Positions 55,494 through 63,568 of a DNA stretch of 64,000 nt are shown in pieces (within the stretch, counting starts at the first letter, position 1; each line of letters begins with the position of its first letter). The stretch spans positions 1,501 through 65,500 of the IMG/VR virus record IMGVR_UViG_3300013102_000008. One strand, given 5' to 3'. Source of the DNA: a virus. Lineage: Duplodnaviria; Caudoviricetes. The position numbers and the translations under genes are program-made. Under the pieces are notes generated by a model. The model was not told the DNA's origin. It was given only the letters and a program-made list of their open reading frames with translations, and did not search any database.

Positions 55494-55538
55494 CTTACAT
55501 ATACATGTTGCCGGTCAGCACTCATCTCGCACACTTTT
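55494..55538 (-). promoter_or_regulatory. 45-bp conserved phage promoter-like motif, copy 3
   Basis: Same two blocks and spacing as copies 1 and 2; heads the long leftward gene run. Confidence 0.75.
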
Positions 55539-55563
55539 GCGTAAATATATTTCCGCTGAACGC

Positions 55564-55597
55564 AAAAAAGCGCCCATCTCCGAAGAGTGAGCGCATT
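55564..55597 (-). terminator. Intrinsic terminator insulating the promoter motif
   Basis: GCGCTCACTC-TTCG-GAGATGGGCGC followed by TTTTTT. Confidence 0.7.
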
Positions 55598-55659
55598 TAA
55601 TAGGAAGCTACGTGGATCGGCGGACGAATACGCTACACCTCCGAATACATACGATTGAT

Positions 55660-55915
55660 ACCGCGATTAATATTAATAGTAACGGTAATATGCGTTTGAT
55701 TATGTGATTAATATCGTTGTTAATACTCCGATTAATCACGCAGTTAATCATAATGATAATACTATTATAATCATACGTTTGTTATTAATAACAATCATTT
55801 ACATAATTACAACGTTGATAATGTTATTAATATTATGACCAATACTACCATTAAATAACTATTAATTTTGTTGTAGTAATTAACATTATTTGTTATAATA
55901 TAATTAATACTAATA
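55660..55915. repeat. AT-rich degenerate repeat tract, candidate parS centromere / par promoter
   Basis: Many ATTAAT(A/C)/TAATA units directly upstream of parA. Confidence 0.55.
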
Positions 55916-55923
55916 TAGAGGAG

Positions 55924-56718
55924 ATGATTGATATGGCGGTAGTTTTGGCGGTATCCACGAATAAAGGCGGAGTATTAAAAACCTCGTTAACTACGAATCT
56001 CGCGGGCCTACTCGCGAAGGAATCGCGTGTACTCATCGTTGACGCGGATAATCAGGGGAATGTATCGTCGAGTTTCGGAAAGAATGCGGATCGGTATACG
56101 ACTAACTTATACGATGTACTCGTAAATGGAGTGCCGGCAGCGGACGCTATCGTTAACGTATATAAGAACATCGATATGCTACCGTCCAATGACGAAATGG
56201 CTTCGTTTGAGACGGATGTTATAACGGACATCGCGAAGTATAAGGATCTGTTCTTCCTCATGCGGAACACGCTCGCCAGTATACGCGATAGCTACGATTA
56301 CATCCTCGTAGATACTCCGCCTAATCTCGGGTTAGTTACGGGTAACGTGTTAACTTTCGCAGATCGCGTTTTAATACCGTTTCAGCCGGAGACATATTCG
56401 CAGCGGTCGCTAGTTAAGGTATTAAAGGCGATTGCTGGCGTACGGTTATCGCGCAACCCGGAACTGGCGATACTTGGCGTAGTGGGAACGCTAGTGGATT
56501 CCAGGACATCGCTACATGCCGAGTTGTTATCGGGATTACGTAAGAAATGCTTAGCGGAGGATATAAAGTGTTTTGATACGGTGATACCGCGATCCATACG
56601 ATATGCATCTGCGGTCGCATACGATGAGTTACCGGCTACACTTGCGGAAGCTAGGCCCGCGTTAATTAAAGCATATTCCGATTTACTAGCGGAAATAAAG
56701 GAGGAGTTAATGTGGTAA
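55924..56718 (+). CDS. parA: ParA/Soj-family partition ATPase (type Ib, no N-terminal HTH)
   Basis: NKGGVLKTS deviant Walker A, VDADNQGN, YDYILVDTPPNLG, IPRSIR. Confidence 0.95.
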   Translation: MIDMAVVLAVSTNKGGVLKTSLTTNLAGLLAKESRVLIVDADNQGNVSSSFGKNADRYTTNLYDVLVNGVPAADAIVNVYKNIDMLPSNDEMASFETDVITDIAKYKDLFFLMRNTLASIRDSYDYILVDTPPNLGLVTGNVLTFADRVLIPFQPETYSQRSLVKVLKAIAGVRLSRNPELAILGVVGTLVDSRTSLHAELLSGLRKKCLAEDIKCFDTVIPRSIRYASAVAYDELPATLAEARPALIKAYSDLLAEIKEELMW

Positions 56719-57131
56719 GAAAACGTAAGACTGCGATGGATTTCGATGCGGTTGCGGATAGTAATGTAATTAATATTGTACGCGAGGATATCGTTGATAC
56801 TGAGGATAATACGGATACTGACGTTGCTAATAAGATTAATACTACAGATGATACCGTTGTTGATACGGAGATTGTTATCAAAGATGAGAGTAAGGTTGAT
56901 ACTAAGCCTATAATTAATATTGATCACAACGTTAATCATAATAACGCTATCGACCACATACTTAATAATGAGCGCGTGAAATCTACGCGTGTTCAGCGTG
57001 GTTTATACTTGGATCGCGATATCGATGCGGTGCTGAGCCGGTTGTTGAAGAAAGGCGGGAAGGGCGCTAAGTCCGATATTATTAACGATTTGCTACGCGC
57101 TGCTTTTGTGGATAGAGGATTATTAAAGTAA
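56712..57131 (+). CDS. Partition adaptor with disordered acidic N-terminus and C-terminal RHH-like domain
   Basis: Overlaps parA stop; QRGLYLDRDIDAVL......KGAKSDIINDLLRAAF. Confidence 0.7.
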   Translation: MVRKRKTAMDFDAVADSNVINIVREDIVDTEDNTDTDVANKINTTDDTVVDTEIVIKDESKVDTKPIINIDHNVNHNNAIDHILNNERVKSTRVQRGLYLDRDIDAVLSRLLKKGGKGAKSDIINDLLRAAFVDRGLLK

Positions 57132-57876
57132 TACCGCTGTGGATAAGTAGCTTAAGGAGTTTCGCGCTTAAGTTACTTTTTGAGTTCTAACATATCCGCC
57201 TTCGGCGGTTCCACTCCGTTTGCTTCACGGAATTAATAACGAATAACACGTTATCAATGCCGATCGCTTCACGTAGCGGCTATTCTTTCTACCGCTTACT
57301 ACATCCTCTTTTATTTATCTCTATAGTAAAACTTTTGCTTGACGGTGTAGGTCTAAACCTTTACGCTTTATGGCTCTGATTAGGAAATGGACATAGGTTT
57401 GCCCTTACATGCGACCATAAAGCATTATTGCTTCAAGATCACACATAAGAGCAAACCATACATTCAATACGCCCCGTAGGTCGTCATGAGGTTTCTGTAT
57501 CTATACCCGGTCGCAGTTTTTACACCGCCAATACCTTGATCCCATCAGATCTTCCCAATGGTTGCGTCTCCGCTTGGTATTGTGCCGCGACCTCCTCTCG
57601 GAAGTAGCAAGATCGTCCTCTCCTGACCGCACACCGTCACCGTTAGTCACACTCGGGCGTGGGTATAGTTACGCCTTTAATGAGTGTACGTTAGGATTGT
57701 ATTGTTTGCGGCGGTCCCTAACTTGACCCTTAGCGGTTTTTACCGTGTTCTCGCTGCACTCCACGTTCGGCGCTATCCTATTTTTGCAATAGGAAAGTAG
57801 GCCCTCGGCATCTCGCTTTTTCGCGAAATCCGGAGCATCGCCGGTTATTTAGTTTTAGTATGTAAGTAAACGAAAA

Positions 57877-57921
57877 GGAGCCTCGATCCTATTCGCGTGA
57901 TAACGAAGGAATCGAGGCTCC
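57877..57921. terminator. Strong hairpin with T-runs on both sides (terminator/attenuator)
   Basis: GGAGCCTCGAT...ATCGAGGCTCC 11-bp stem. Confidence 0.7.
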
Positions 57922-57987
57922 ACTTTTATAATAACATTTATCACATATAACGTTGTCCGTAGACAATAATAATGTTATACTAGATTT

Positions 57988-58093
57988 AGAAAGTCATTGT
58001 TTTAGTGCGCCCGTTTCTTGTCCGTTTGGCGGATACGATACGGCACAGGGTTGGTAGCCCGAGCCGCACTTGAAACAGTGGCTTAATCTTTTT
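57988..58093 (+). ncRNA. Candidate ~105-nt antisense copy-control RNA
   Basis: Promoter TTGTCC-17 bp-TGnTATACT (57953-57981); closing stem 57991-58002/58073-58084 with G.U pairs; UUUGG and UUGGUAG loops; 3' U-run. Confidence 0.65.
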
Positions 58094-58204
58094 GTCTAAC
58101 TTATGAATCTAGCATAACACAGTCTAGTAATTAGTGGAAGATAAAGTTATACACAATGTGCGTAAAAACTCGGAATAAGAAAAATCAACCTGTGGATAAA
58201 CGAA

Positions 58205-58252
58205 AAAAGGTGCAGACTCAACGAAAGTTACCTCCGCGAATCTGCACCTTTT
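58205..58252 (-). terminator. Terminator after endonuclease gene
   Basis: AAAAGGTGCAGA...TCTGCACCTTTT inverted repeat. Confidence 0.6.
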
Positions 58253-58268
58253 ATATTTACTTTACCCT

Positions 58269-59174
58269 CTAACATGGTATCTGATCCCCGCGGAGTACCT
58301 TTGCCAGTGCTTCATTAATTAATCGTTCTGTGTCGTCAATGTCCGTATATGCGATGCGGAGTAATGGGATGTTGTGGAGACGAGCATATTCGTTTTTCCT
58401 GCGGTCGTGTGTTTGTTGGATGCGGAATTGTTCGAGCGCGCTACCCACACCTTCTCCGGCAAAGTCCGTAGGTTCGAAATGGCCGATCCCGTCAAACTCT
58501 ATAAGGAGTGCCACGTATCCGTTATCATATTTGATAGCAGCGTCAAATCTGAGGTCACCTCCACCTTTTCCTGTAAGACCATGCATAGTCTCCTCAAGCG
58601 AGTAATTATAACCGAGGAATTGAAGGTACTCACGAATTTTACGCTCACCTTTCGAAAGTGAACACGATGGACAACGGGTGCCACGTGTTACATGCTGAAC
58701 AAGCGCTCTCCACTCGTAATTGCATCCATCTTCATTACACATCCACCATCGCTTACGGTTTGATCCTGGAACTATTTCGTCCGGCTTGAGCGATCCGTTT
58801 AATGTGGGGTGCCAGAGCGCAACTACTTCGGGGTGCTTAGTTACAAGGTTGTTTCCGGATTTCGCTTTACGAAGTGACATCGCGTGCTGTGCGCAGGGTA
58901 GGCATCTGTCAACTCCATCGACATCGCGGCTGCGGAGAATGATCTTATAGTACTGCTCCCGCGTGTGTCCGCCACAATCGTCGCAAATCTTCGTCAATCG
59001 TACGTCGCCCCCAACGGTCAAATCGATAATATTAACGGTAATAACGGCACCTCGCACTATACTCATTCTCCCCCGCGAGTCTTTTTTCCTAGGGATATGA
59101 TACCCAAGCGACTCATAATGTGAAATATTACGTGCACCCAACGTAATCTCCACTTCCGTCTCCAATATCGCCAC
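58269..59174 (-). CDS. Free-standing Zn-ribbon + Vsr/PD-(D/E)XK-like endonuclease (paralog of 50876-51766)
   Basis: MAILE, LTKICDDC, WHPTLNG, WWMC, CPSCSLSKGE, IEFDG.GH, NIPLLRI. Confidence 0.8.
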   Translation of the reverse strand: MAILETEVEITLGARNISHYESLGYHIPRKKDSRGRMSIVRGAVITVNIIDLTVGGDVRLTKICDDCGGHTREQYYKIILRSRDVDGVDRCLPCAQHAMSLRKAKSGNNLVTKHPEVVALWHPTLNGSLKPDEIVPGSNRKRWWMCNEDGCNYEWRALVQHVTRGTRCPSCSLSKGERKIREYLQFLGYNYSLEETMHGLTGKGGGDLRFDAAIKYDNGYVALLIEFDGIGHFEPTDFAGEGVGSALEQFRIQQTHDRRKNEYARLHNIPLLRIAYTDIDDTERLINEALAKVLRGDQIPC

Positions 59175-59243
59175 ATGATCTCCTCCGTTTCTCCATCGTT
59201 TAATATATACTAGACCCGTGAATCTGCGCCTTATCTTCGTTAC

Positions 59244-59555
59244 TTACTCCTTAACATCTGCGGTAGTTACGACCGTACCGCCGGCCTCCATGTCGATATC
59301 CGCATCATCCTTCGCACCTTTTAGTGCCACTTCTAACGCAATCCACGCGATTCCGATTATCATAATCTTAGCGCACTCTGCCGCGAGGAATATTAGACGA
59401 TCGAGTTGTAGCGCCATCACACCGAGCGCCTCCGCAGATTCTACCGCCGTACGATAACTCTCGTACCAAGTTGTCGCATCGTAGAAAAACGCGCCAAGCG
59501 CAAGTATCGCAATCACTCTTATCGCAATCCTAAATATAAATACCGCCTTATCCAT
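59244..59555 (-). CDS. Membrane protein
   Basis: Two hydrophobic segments; GGAGGTG RBS. Confidence 0.6.
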   Translation of the reverse strand: MDKAVFIFRIAIRVIAILALGAFFYDATTWYESYRTAVESAEALGVMALQLDRLIFLAAECAKIMIIGIAWIALEVALKGAKDDADIDMEAGGTVVTTADVKE

Positions 59556-59657
59556 ATATACACCTCCGCTAATATAAAAAAGAAAATGCGACCCACTAGC
59601 GCCGTCTATACGTTATTATACGATAGATTACGCCAATAGGTCGCATTTATTTCGTTG

Positions 59658-59840
59658 CTACTTCGTACCATCCGCCGGGAACGTTTTGTAAATACCTACG
59701 CCGATAATCGCATATGTCACGATATCAACCGTCGCCTGGTATACGCCAGCTTCCGGTGCCACTCCGTACTTAACCAATAGTTGATACGCGAGTCCCGCAA
59801 CCGCTGCGATAAAAATCGGATTCAATAAGCGCTTCTTCAT
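59658..59840 (-). CDS. Holin-like small membrane protein
   Basis: MKKRLLNPIFIAAVAGLAYQ; two TM segments; follows endolysin. Confidence 0.75.
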   Translation of the reverse strand: MKKRLLNPIFIAAVAGLAYQLLVKYGVAPEAGVYQATVDIVTYAIIGVGIYKTFPADGTK

Positions 59841-59841
59841 G

Positions 59842-60546
59842 TTACTTCGCCTCCTTCGTAATTATAGATGCCGTCTTACTTACGTTATCCCATGCGATAG
59901 TCGCGCCGAACCGTTCGGATACCTCGCGTAATGGTACGTATACCGAGCCGTCGATAACTACGCCATCCTTCGTCTTACTTCCGTTGATTACTAAGTTTGC
60001 TTTTGGTAGCGCCACAGTATCGTCTCCCTTCGTTAATTTCGTGATTGCCGCCATTGCTAGATCGAGTAACAACTTCGCCGGACTCCGCCCGTTACGGTAA
60101 TCCGCGGTTAACAATCCGAATGTCATTTCGAAATGTGGCATGTCCGTAAACGAGCGCCAATCTCCGCCCCACGCGAAGCCGATCCGTTTAGCTTCCGTTA
60201 CTACTTCGTCCCAATCCGGTAATAAATCGAGATCACCGTTGCGCTTCGTATCCCAGGAAACCGCGCGACCATTCGGAAGCAACAACGCGAAATCAATCGC
60301 GACTCCGAAGTTATGGAACGAGTGTCCACCGCGTGCCTTCGTTACTTTATCACCGTAGGTTGTCCGTCCCTGTGCGTAGAGTGCGTCTTGCTCCGCGATG
60401 GTGCGGAATCCTTGCGTAATAACAATCGGGACACCGCGCGCGTAACATCGGTCGATTAGCGTTTCCGCTGCGTGTCTAACCACGGGTAATAGTCCGCTTA
60501 GTCGCGCCGCGGACTTGCTACGTACATATTCGAGTGTTAACGTCAC
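59842..60546 (-). CDS. Endolysin, M15C L-Ala-D-Glu peptidase with C-terminal copper-amine-oxidase-N-like domain
   Basis: TQGFRTIAEQDALYAQGRT, SFHNFGVAIDF, WGGDW.SF.DMPHFE; YVPLREVSERFGATIAWD. Confidence 0.92.
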   Translation of the reverse strand: MTLTLEYVRSKSAARLSGLLPVVRHAAETLIDRCYARGVPIVITQGFRTIAEQDALYAQGRTTYGDKVTKARGGHSFHNFGVAIDFALLLPNGRAVSWDTKRNGDLDLLPDWDEVVTEAKRIGFAWGGDWRSFTDMPHFEMTFGLLTADYRNGRSPAKLLLDLAMAAITKLTKGDDTVALPKANLVINGSKTKDGVVIDGSVYVPLREVSERFGATIAWDNVSKTASIITKEAK

Positions 60547-60878
60547 ACGTCCACCTCCGTTTTCGTATTCACCGTTATATTGACCGCTTGCTCGATGTAT
60601 TGCATCCGGAACTCGATGCGCTCGAGCGTGTTCGCTATCTTCGCGTGTGCTTCGTCCGTCTTCGCCAAGTGCGACATTAACCGCTCCTCGCGTCCGATTG
60701 ATTCGAGTTTATTAGCGTCAACCATATCAAGTAATAACTGTTCCCTGCGGAGTGCGTCCGCGCGATAATTCTTAATAACGAGCCATACGAGGACTCCTAT
60801 GATTATAATAAATACCGGCATGTATAAACCGTCTTTCATGAGCGTGACTATCGTGTTAAATACTCCGACAATATCCAA
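60543..60878 (-). CDS. BhlA/UviB-like holin
   Basis: N-terminal TM, REERLM..L coiled coil; upstream of endolysin. Confidence 0.7.
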   Translation of the reverse strand: MDIVGVFNTIVTLMKDGLYMPVFIIIIGVLVWLVIKNYRADALRREQLLLDMVDANKLESIGREERLMSHLAKTDEAHAKIANTLERIEFRMQYIEQAVNITVNTKTEVDV

Positions 60879-60896
60879 AATACCGCCACCCTTCCG

Positions 60897-60983
60897 TTAA
60901 CTTGCGTATCTTAAGCTGAGTACAAACGCCGCAACGATCACCGCGAATAATACCGATTTGTAGAAATCCGCTCTTTTAATAAT
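60897..60983 (-). CDS. 28-aa single-TM peptide, candidate type I toxin (ATT start)
   Basis: GAGGGG RBS; MIKRADFYKSVLFAVIVAAFVLSLRYAS. Confidence 0.45.
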   Translation of the reverse strand: MIKRADFYKSVLFAVIVAAFVLSLRYAS

Positions 60984-61020
60984 GGTTGCCCCCTCGCGCG
61001 GCTTACGTGTATAATGGAAA

Positions 61021-61075
61021 TAACCCCGTTCCTCGCGGACGTGGCTAGGGGAGGTTCGCGCCTTCCCGTTTTATT
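61021..61075 (+). ncRNA. Candidate small antisense RNA
   Basis: TTGCCC-18 bp-TATAAT (60986-61015) then terminator GGGAGG-TTCGCG-CCTTCCC-GTTTT. Confidence 0.5.
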
Positions 61076-61273
61076 GCGTGTTATATAGCGCCGCGCCCTC
61101 GTCTAATTGACGGAGGTTTATTGCGCATTAACCTGCGTAGTTTGTTCCTAGTGTTCATTAGGATTCAATTCAACCTCTAACAGTTCGACTTCTCCTGTTT
61201 TTGGATTGATAGTAGGAATGTTAACTTTCATAGTTACGCACAGCTCCTTATTAACAGTATTAGCTAAACTGTA

Positions 61274-62995
61274 CTATATAGTTATTGGCCCCACTACATG
61301 ATATTGTACAGCTCCGGAACTTGGTATTAGTGTTGAGACTGTATTGGCGTTACTTACCAACTTCAGACTACTTATCGTATTGGACACAGACAGTATATTA
61401 CCCAAAATATTAAAATTACCGACTCCTGCTGTAGTTTGCTCAACTACCCCAATTGCACCATTGTTATCGGAACGTATTGAGTTTATCAGGAAGTTTGTAC
61501 AGTTATTCATAGCAAACCCATTGCCAGTGTTAGTGGACGTTGTAATTGCGCCTAAATTGCCACCAGTACATGACTCCATGTAAAACCCATCTTGTGCCAA
61601 TACAGAACCAGCATGACCTTTTGTACCTGTAATAAACAATCTACCAACTTCAAGCGTTTGAACACTTTTTGCATATATCCCACCGCGTTGACAAAGAGAA
61701 GACACAACGTCATTAAGGTACATGTACATGCAGTTTGTCATTTTTATTCCTGTGCCGCCCACTGTATCTGCCATGACTCGATTAAACCACACAGCGGCAC
61801 AATTATTAAATACAAAACCATCCCCACCAACACTGTCAGTACCGCCTAACACATCACAATCATTCAGAACCAATCCTGCAATTTTATTTACGATCATTCC
61901 GGGATATGTTACGTCGGTTCCATGTACTGCTTTTGTATTTGTATAACTGACCATAACCTTTTTAAAATTAATAAACCCCATGAAATTATTGAGAATTATA
62001 GCCGTTCCCTTACCTGTGACACACTCGATATCTTCGAAGTAAGCATGTAAAATGTTTTTAAGAGGATCGTTAGCATCTGTTATAACTCTATAAGCGTTTT
62101 CAATGGTTATTCTTGACATGCGGATATCCCCGAAATAATTAGCGTTCGTGTCAAAGTAAAATGTAATTGATCCAACTAACGCTGCATTCATGTTTATTTT
62201 TATATTTTCAACATGGACTCCACTGTACTTAAAATTAAATAACTTAGTGGTAGTCGGAAGAGCGATTAATAGTGGCTTATATTTACCGACTCCAACAAGG
62301 GAAATGTTTCCTAGAATAGTTAAATTTGATATTGCATATCCAAAGCCGACATTGGCAACAATTACTCTTCTTCCTATATCAATCGCTTTTTGGAATGCAC
62401 TAGCGTTATCAGTCACCCCATCAGACACAGCCCCCCACCATTGAGGATAAACAGCTTCAACTTTTAAATCACCTGCAATATTTCCTAATCCCGTAAATAT
62501 CTGATATAAATCTGCGTTGATACCGCCATTAATTGTAATTGTTATTCCGCTGTCAGGTGAAAGTGTTGCCCCGTTCATTATCCACAACGTTATATTAGCA
62601 GGGATGGTGACATTGGATGATAACTTATAAGTTCCGGGTGGGAATATAATAGTAGCCTTACTGCTCCCGATTGTGGCTAATAGTGAGGACAGTGCTGCAT
62701 AATCATTTGTTGCGCCATTTCCAATCAAACCAAACTTTTTAGCGTTATATGCACCCGACACAGTTTCCGCCAACTGCGCAACAACGCTATCATTAACCGT
62801 CTTCAACGCGTTCGCCGTCGGAGCCGCCGTTATCGACGTACTATTCGCGGAATCAATAAGCGTTACCCGAGCGTCATCTATCGCCACAACTACCGCACTA
62901 TCCAGCGCCAGCGCCAGCGCGTTCATATCGCGAGGTACATCCGCTATCATCGTATTATCAATCAGCGGTAAGTTTAAATTCGTTGTATTCGCCAT
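61274..62995 (-). CDS. Tail spike/fibre with right-handed beta-helix (pectate-lyase-like depolymerase)
   Basis: Anchor MANTTNLNLPLID..VAQLAE; two 'AKKFGLIGNG.TND / PQWWGAVSDGVTDN.SAFQKAID' motifs; beta-helix repeats; AT-rich distal part. Confidence 0.85.
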   Translation of the reverse strand: MANTTNLNLPLIDNTMIADVPRDMNALALALDSAVVVAIDDARVTLIDSANSTSITAAPTANALKTVNDSVVAQLAETVSGAYNAKKFGLIGNGATNDYAALSSLLATIGSSKATIIFPPGTYKLSSNVTIPANITLWIMNGATLSPDSGITITINGGINADLYQIFTGLGNIAGDLKVEAVYPQWWGAVSDGVTDNASAFQKAIDIGRRVIVANVGFGYAISNLTILGNISLVGVGKYKPLLIALPTTTKLFNFKYSGVHVENIKINMNAALVGSITFYFDTNANYFGDIRMSRITIENAYRVITDANDPLKNILHAYFEDIECVTGKGTAIILNNFMGFINFKKVMVSYTNTKAVHGTDVTYPGMIVNKIAGLVLNDCDVLGGTDSVGGDGFVFNNCAAVWFNRVMADTVGGTGIKMTNCMYMYLNDVVSSLCQRGGIYAKSVQTLEVGRLFITGTKGHAGSVLAQDGFYMESCTGGNLGAITTSTNTGNGFAMNNCTNFLINSIRSDNNGAIGVVEQTTAGVGNFNILGNILSVSNTISSLKLVSNANTVSTLIPSSGAVQYHVVGPITI

Positions 62996-63568
62996 TTATG
63001 CTATCCCCCGATTTATTAATTCATCGTATGTTAACCCTAACGCCGTCAGCTCGCCATATGTTAATCCACTCGCGGATAATTCCGAATACATGTAATAGCG
63101 GAACACATAGTTAATCGCTAGATGAGCCGGAGTTATATCGCGTACAGCCGATTGTAACTCCGTCATCTGCGAAGGCACCCCGTAGTTACTCACGAAAGTA
63201 ACCGTAATCGTATACGCGGGTACATTCGCAGTTACCGCGGTCTCCCCGTTCGCATACGCAGACGCCACGCTTTCTATTAACTCCGCGGATACAGCGCCAA
63301 CTCCGCGTAATCGCGACATTAAGACCTCACGCCTTTGTGCGTAAGTCTTCGTATTATCCGTCACGAGTCCGAATATGCGCTCCCATTGCGCGAGTCCCCA
63401 CGTTGCCGTTTCGATATACATCTGCGCGAGTACTTCGTATATATCCGCGTTTAACTTCGCGAACTCTTCCGCCTCGCGGTCTATAATATTCGTAGCAATC
63501 GGCATATCTCCGTAATAGCGCGGTAAATAATCGTGCATATCGCGTTGTATTTCCGTTAGATTTCTCAT
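62996..63568 (-). CDS. XkdU/YmfQ-like (DUF2313) baseplate wedge protein
   Basis: YLPRYY, ETATWGLAQWERIFG, PAHL. Confidence 0.88.
   Translation of the reverse strand: MRNLTEIQRDMHDYLPRYYGDMPIATNIIDREAEEFAKLNADIYEVLAQMYIETATWGLAQWERIFGLVTDNTKTYAQRREVLMSRLRGVGAVSAELIESVASAYANGETAVTANVPAYTITVTFVSNYGVPSQMTELQSAVRDITPAHLAINYVFRYYMYSELSASGLTYGELTALGLTYDELINRGIA

Larger units (their letters stand above)
57138..58199. other. Candidate plasmid-state replication origin: ORF-free, DnaA boxes, convergent promoters, structured RNA
   Basis: DnaA boxes at 57138-57146, 58147-58155, 58191-58199 (1-mismatch box 57107-57115); no ORF of 60 aa or more; many helices. Confidence 0.65.

Noticed and set aside
57140-57870. 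Group II intron or retron remnant (GTGCG at ~57630 on - strand)
   Set aside because: No domain V/VI motif, no interrupted gene and no reverse transcriptase in the window.
61274-62995. Diversity-generating retroelement or invertible tail-fibre system
   Set aside because: No reverse transcriptase, template/variable repeat pair, invertase or alternative fibre tip seen.
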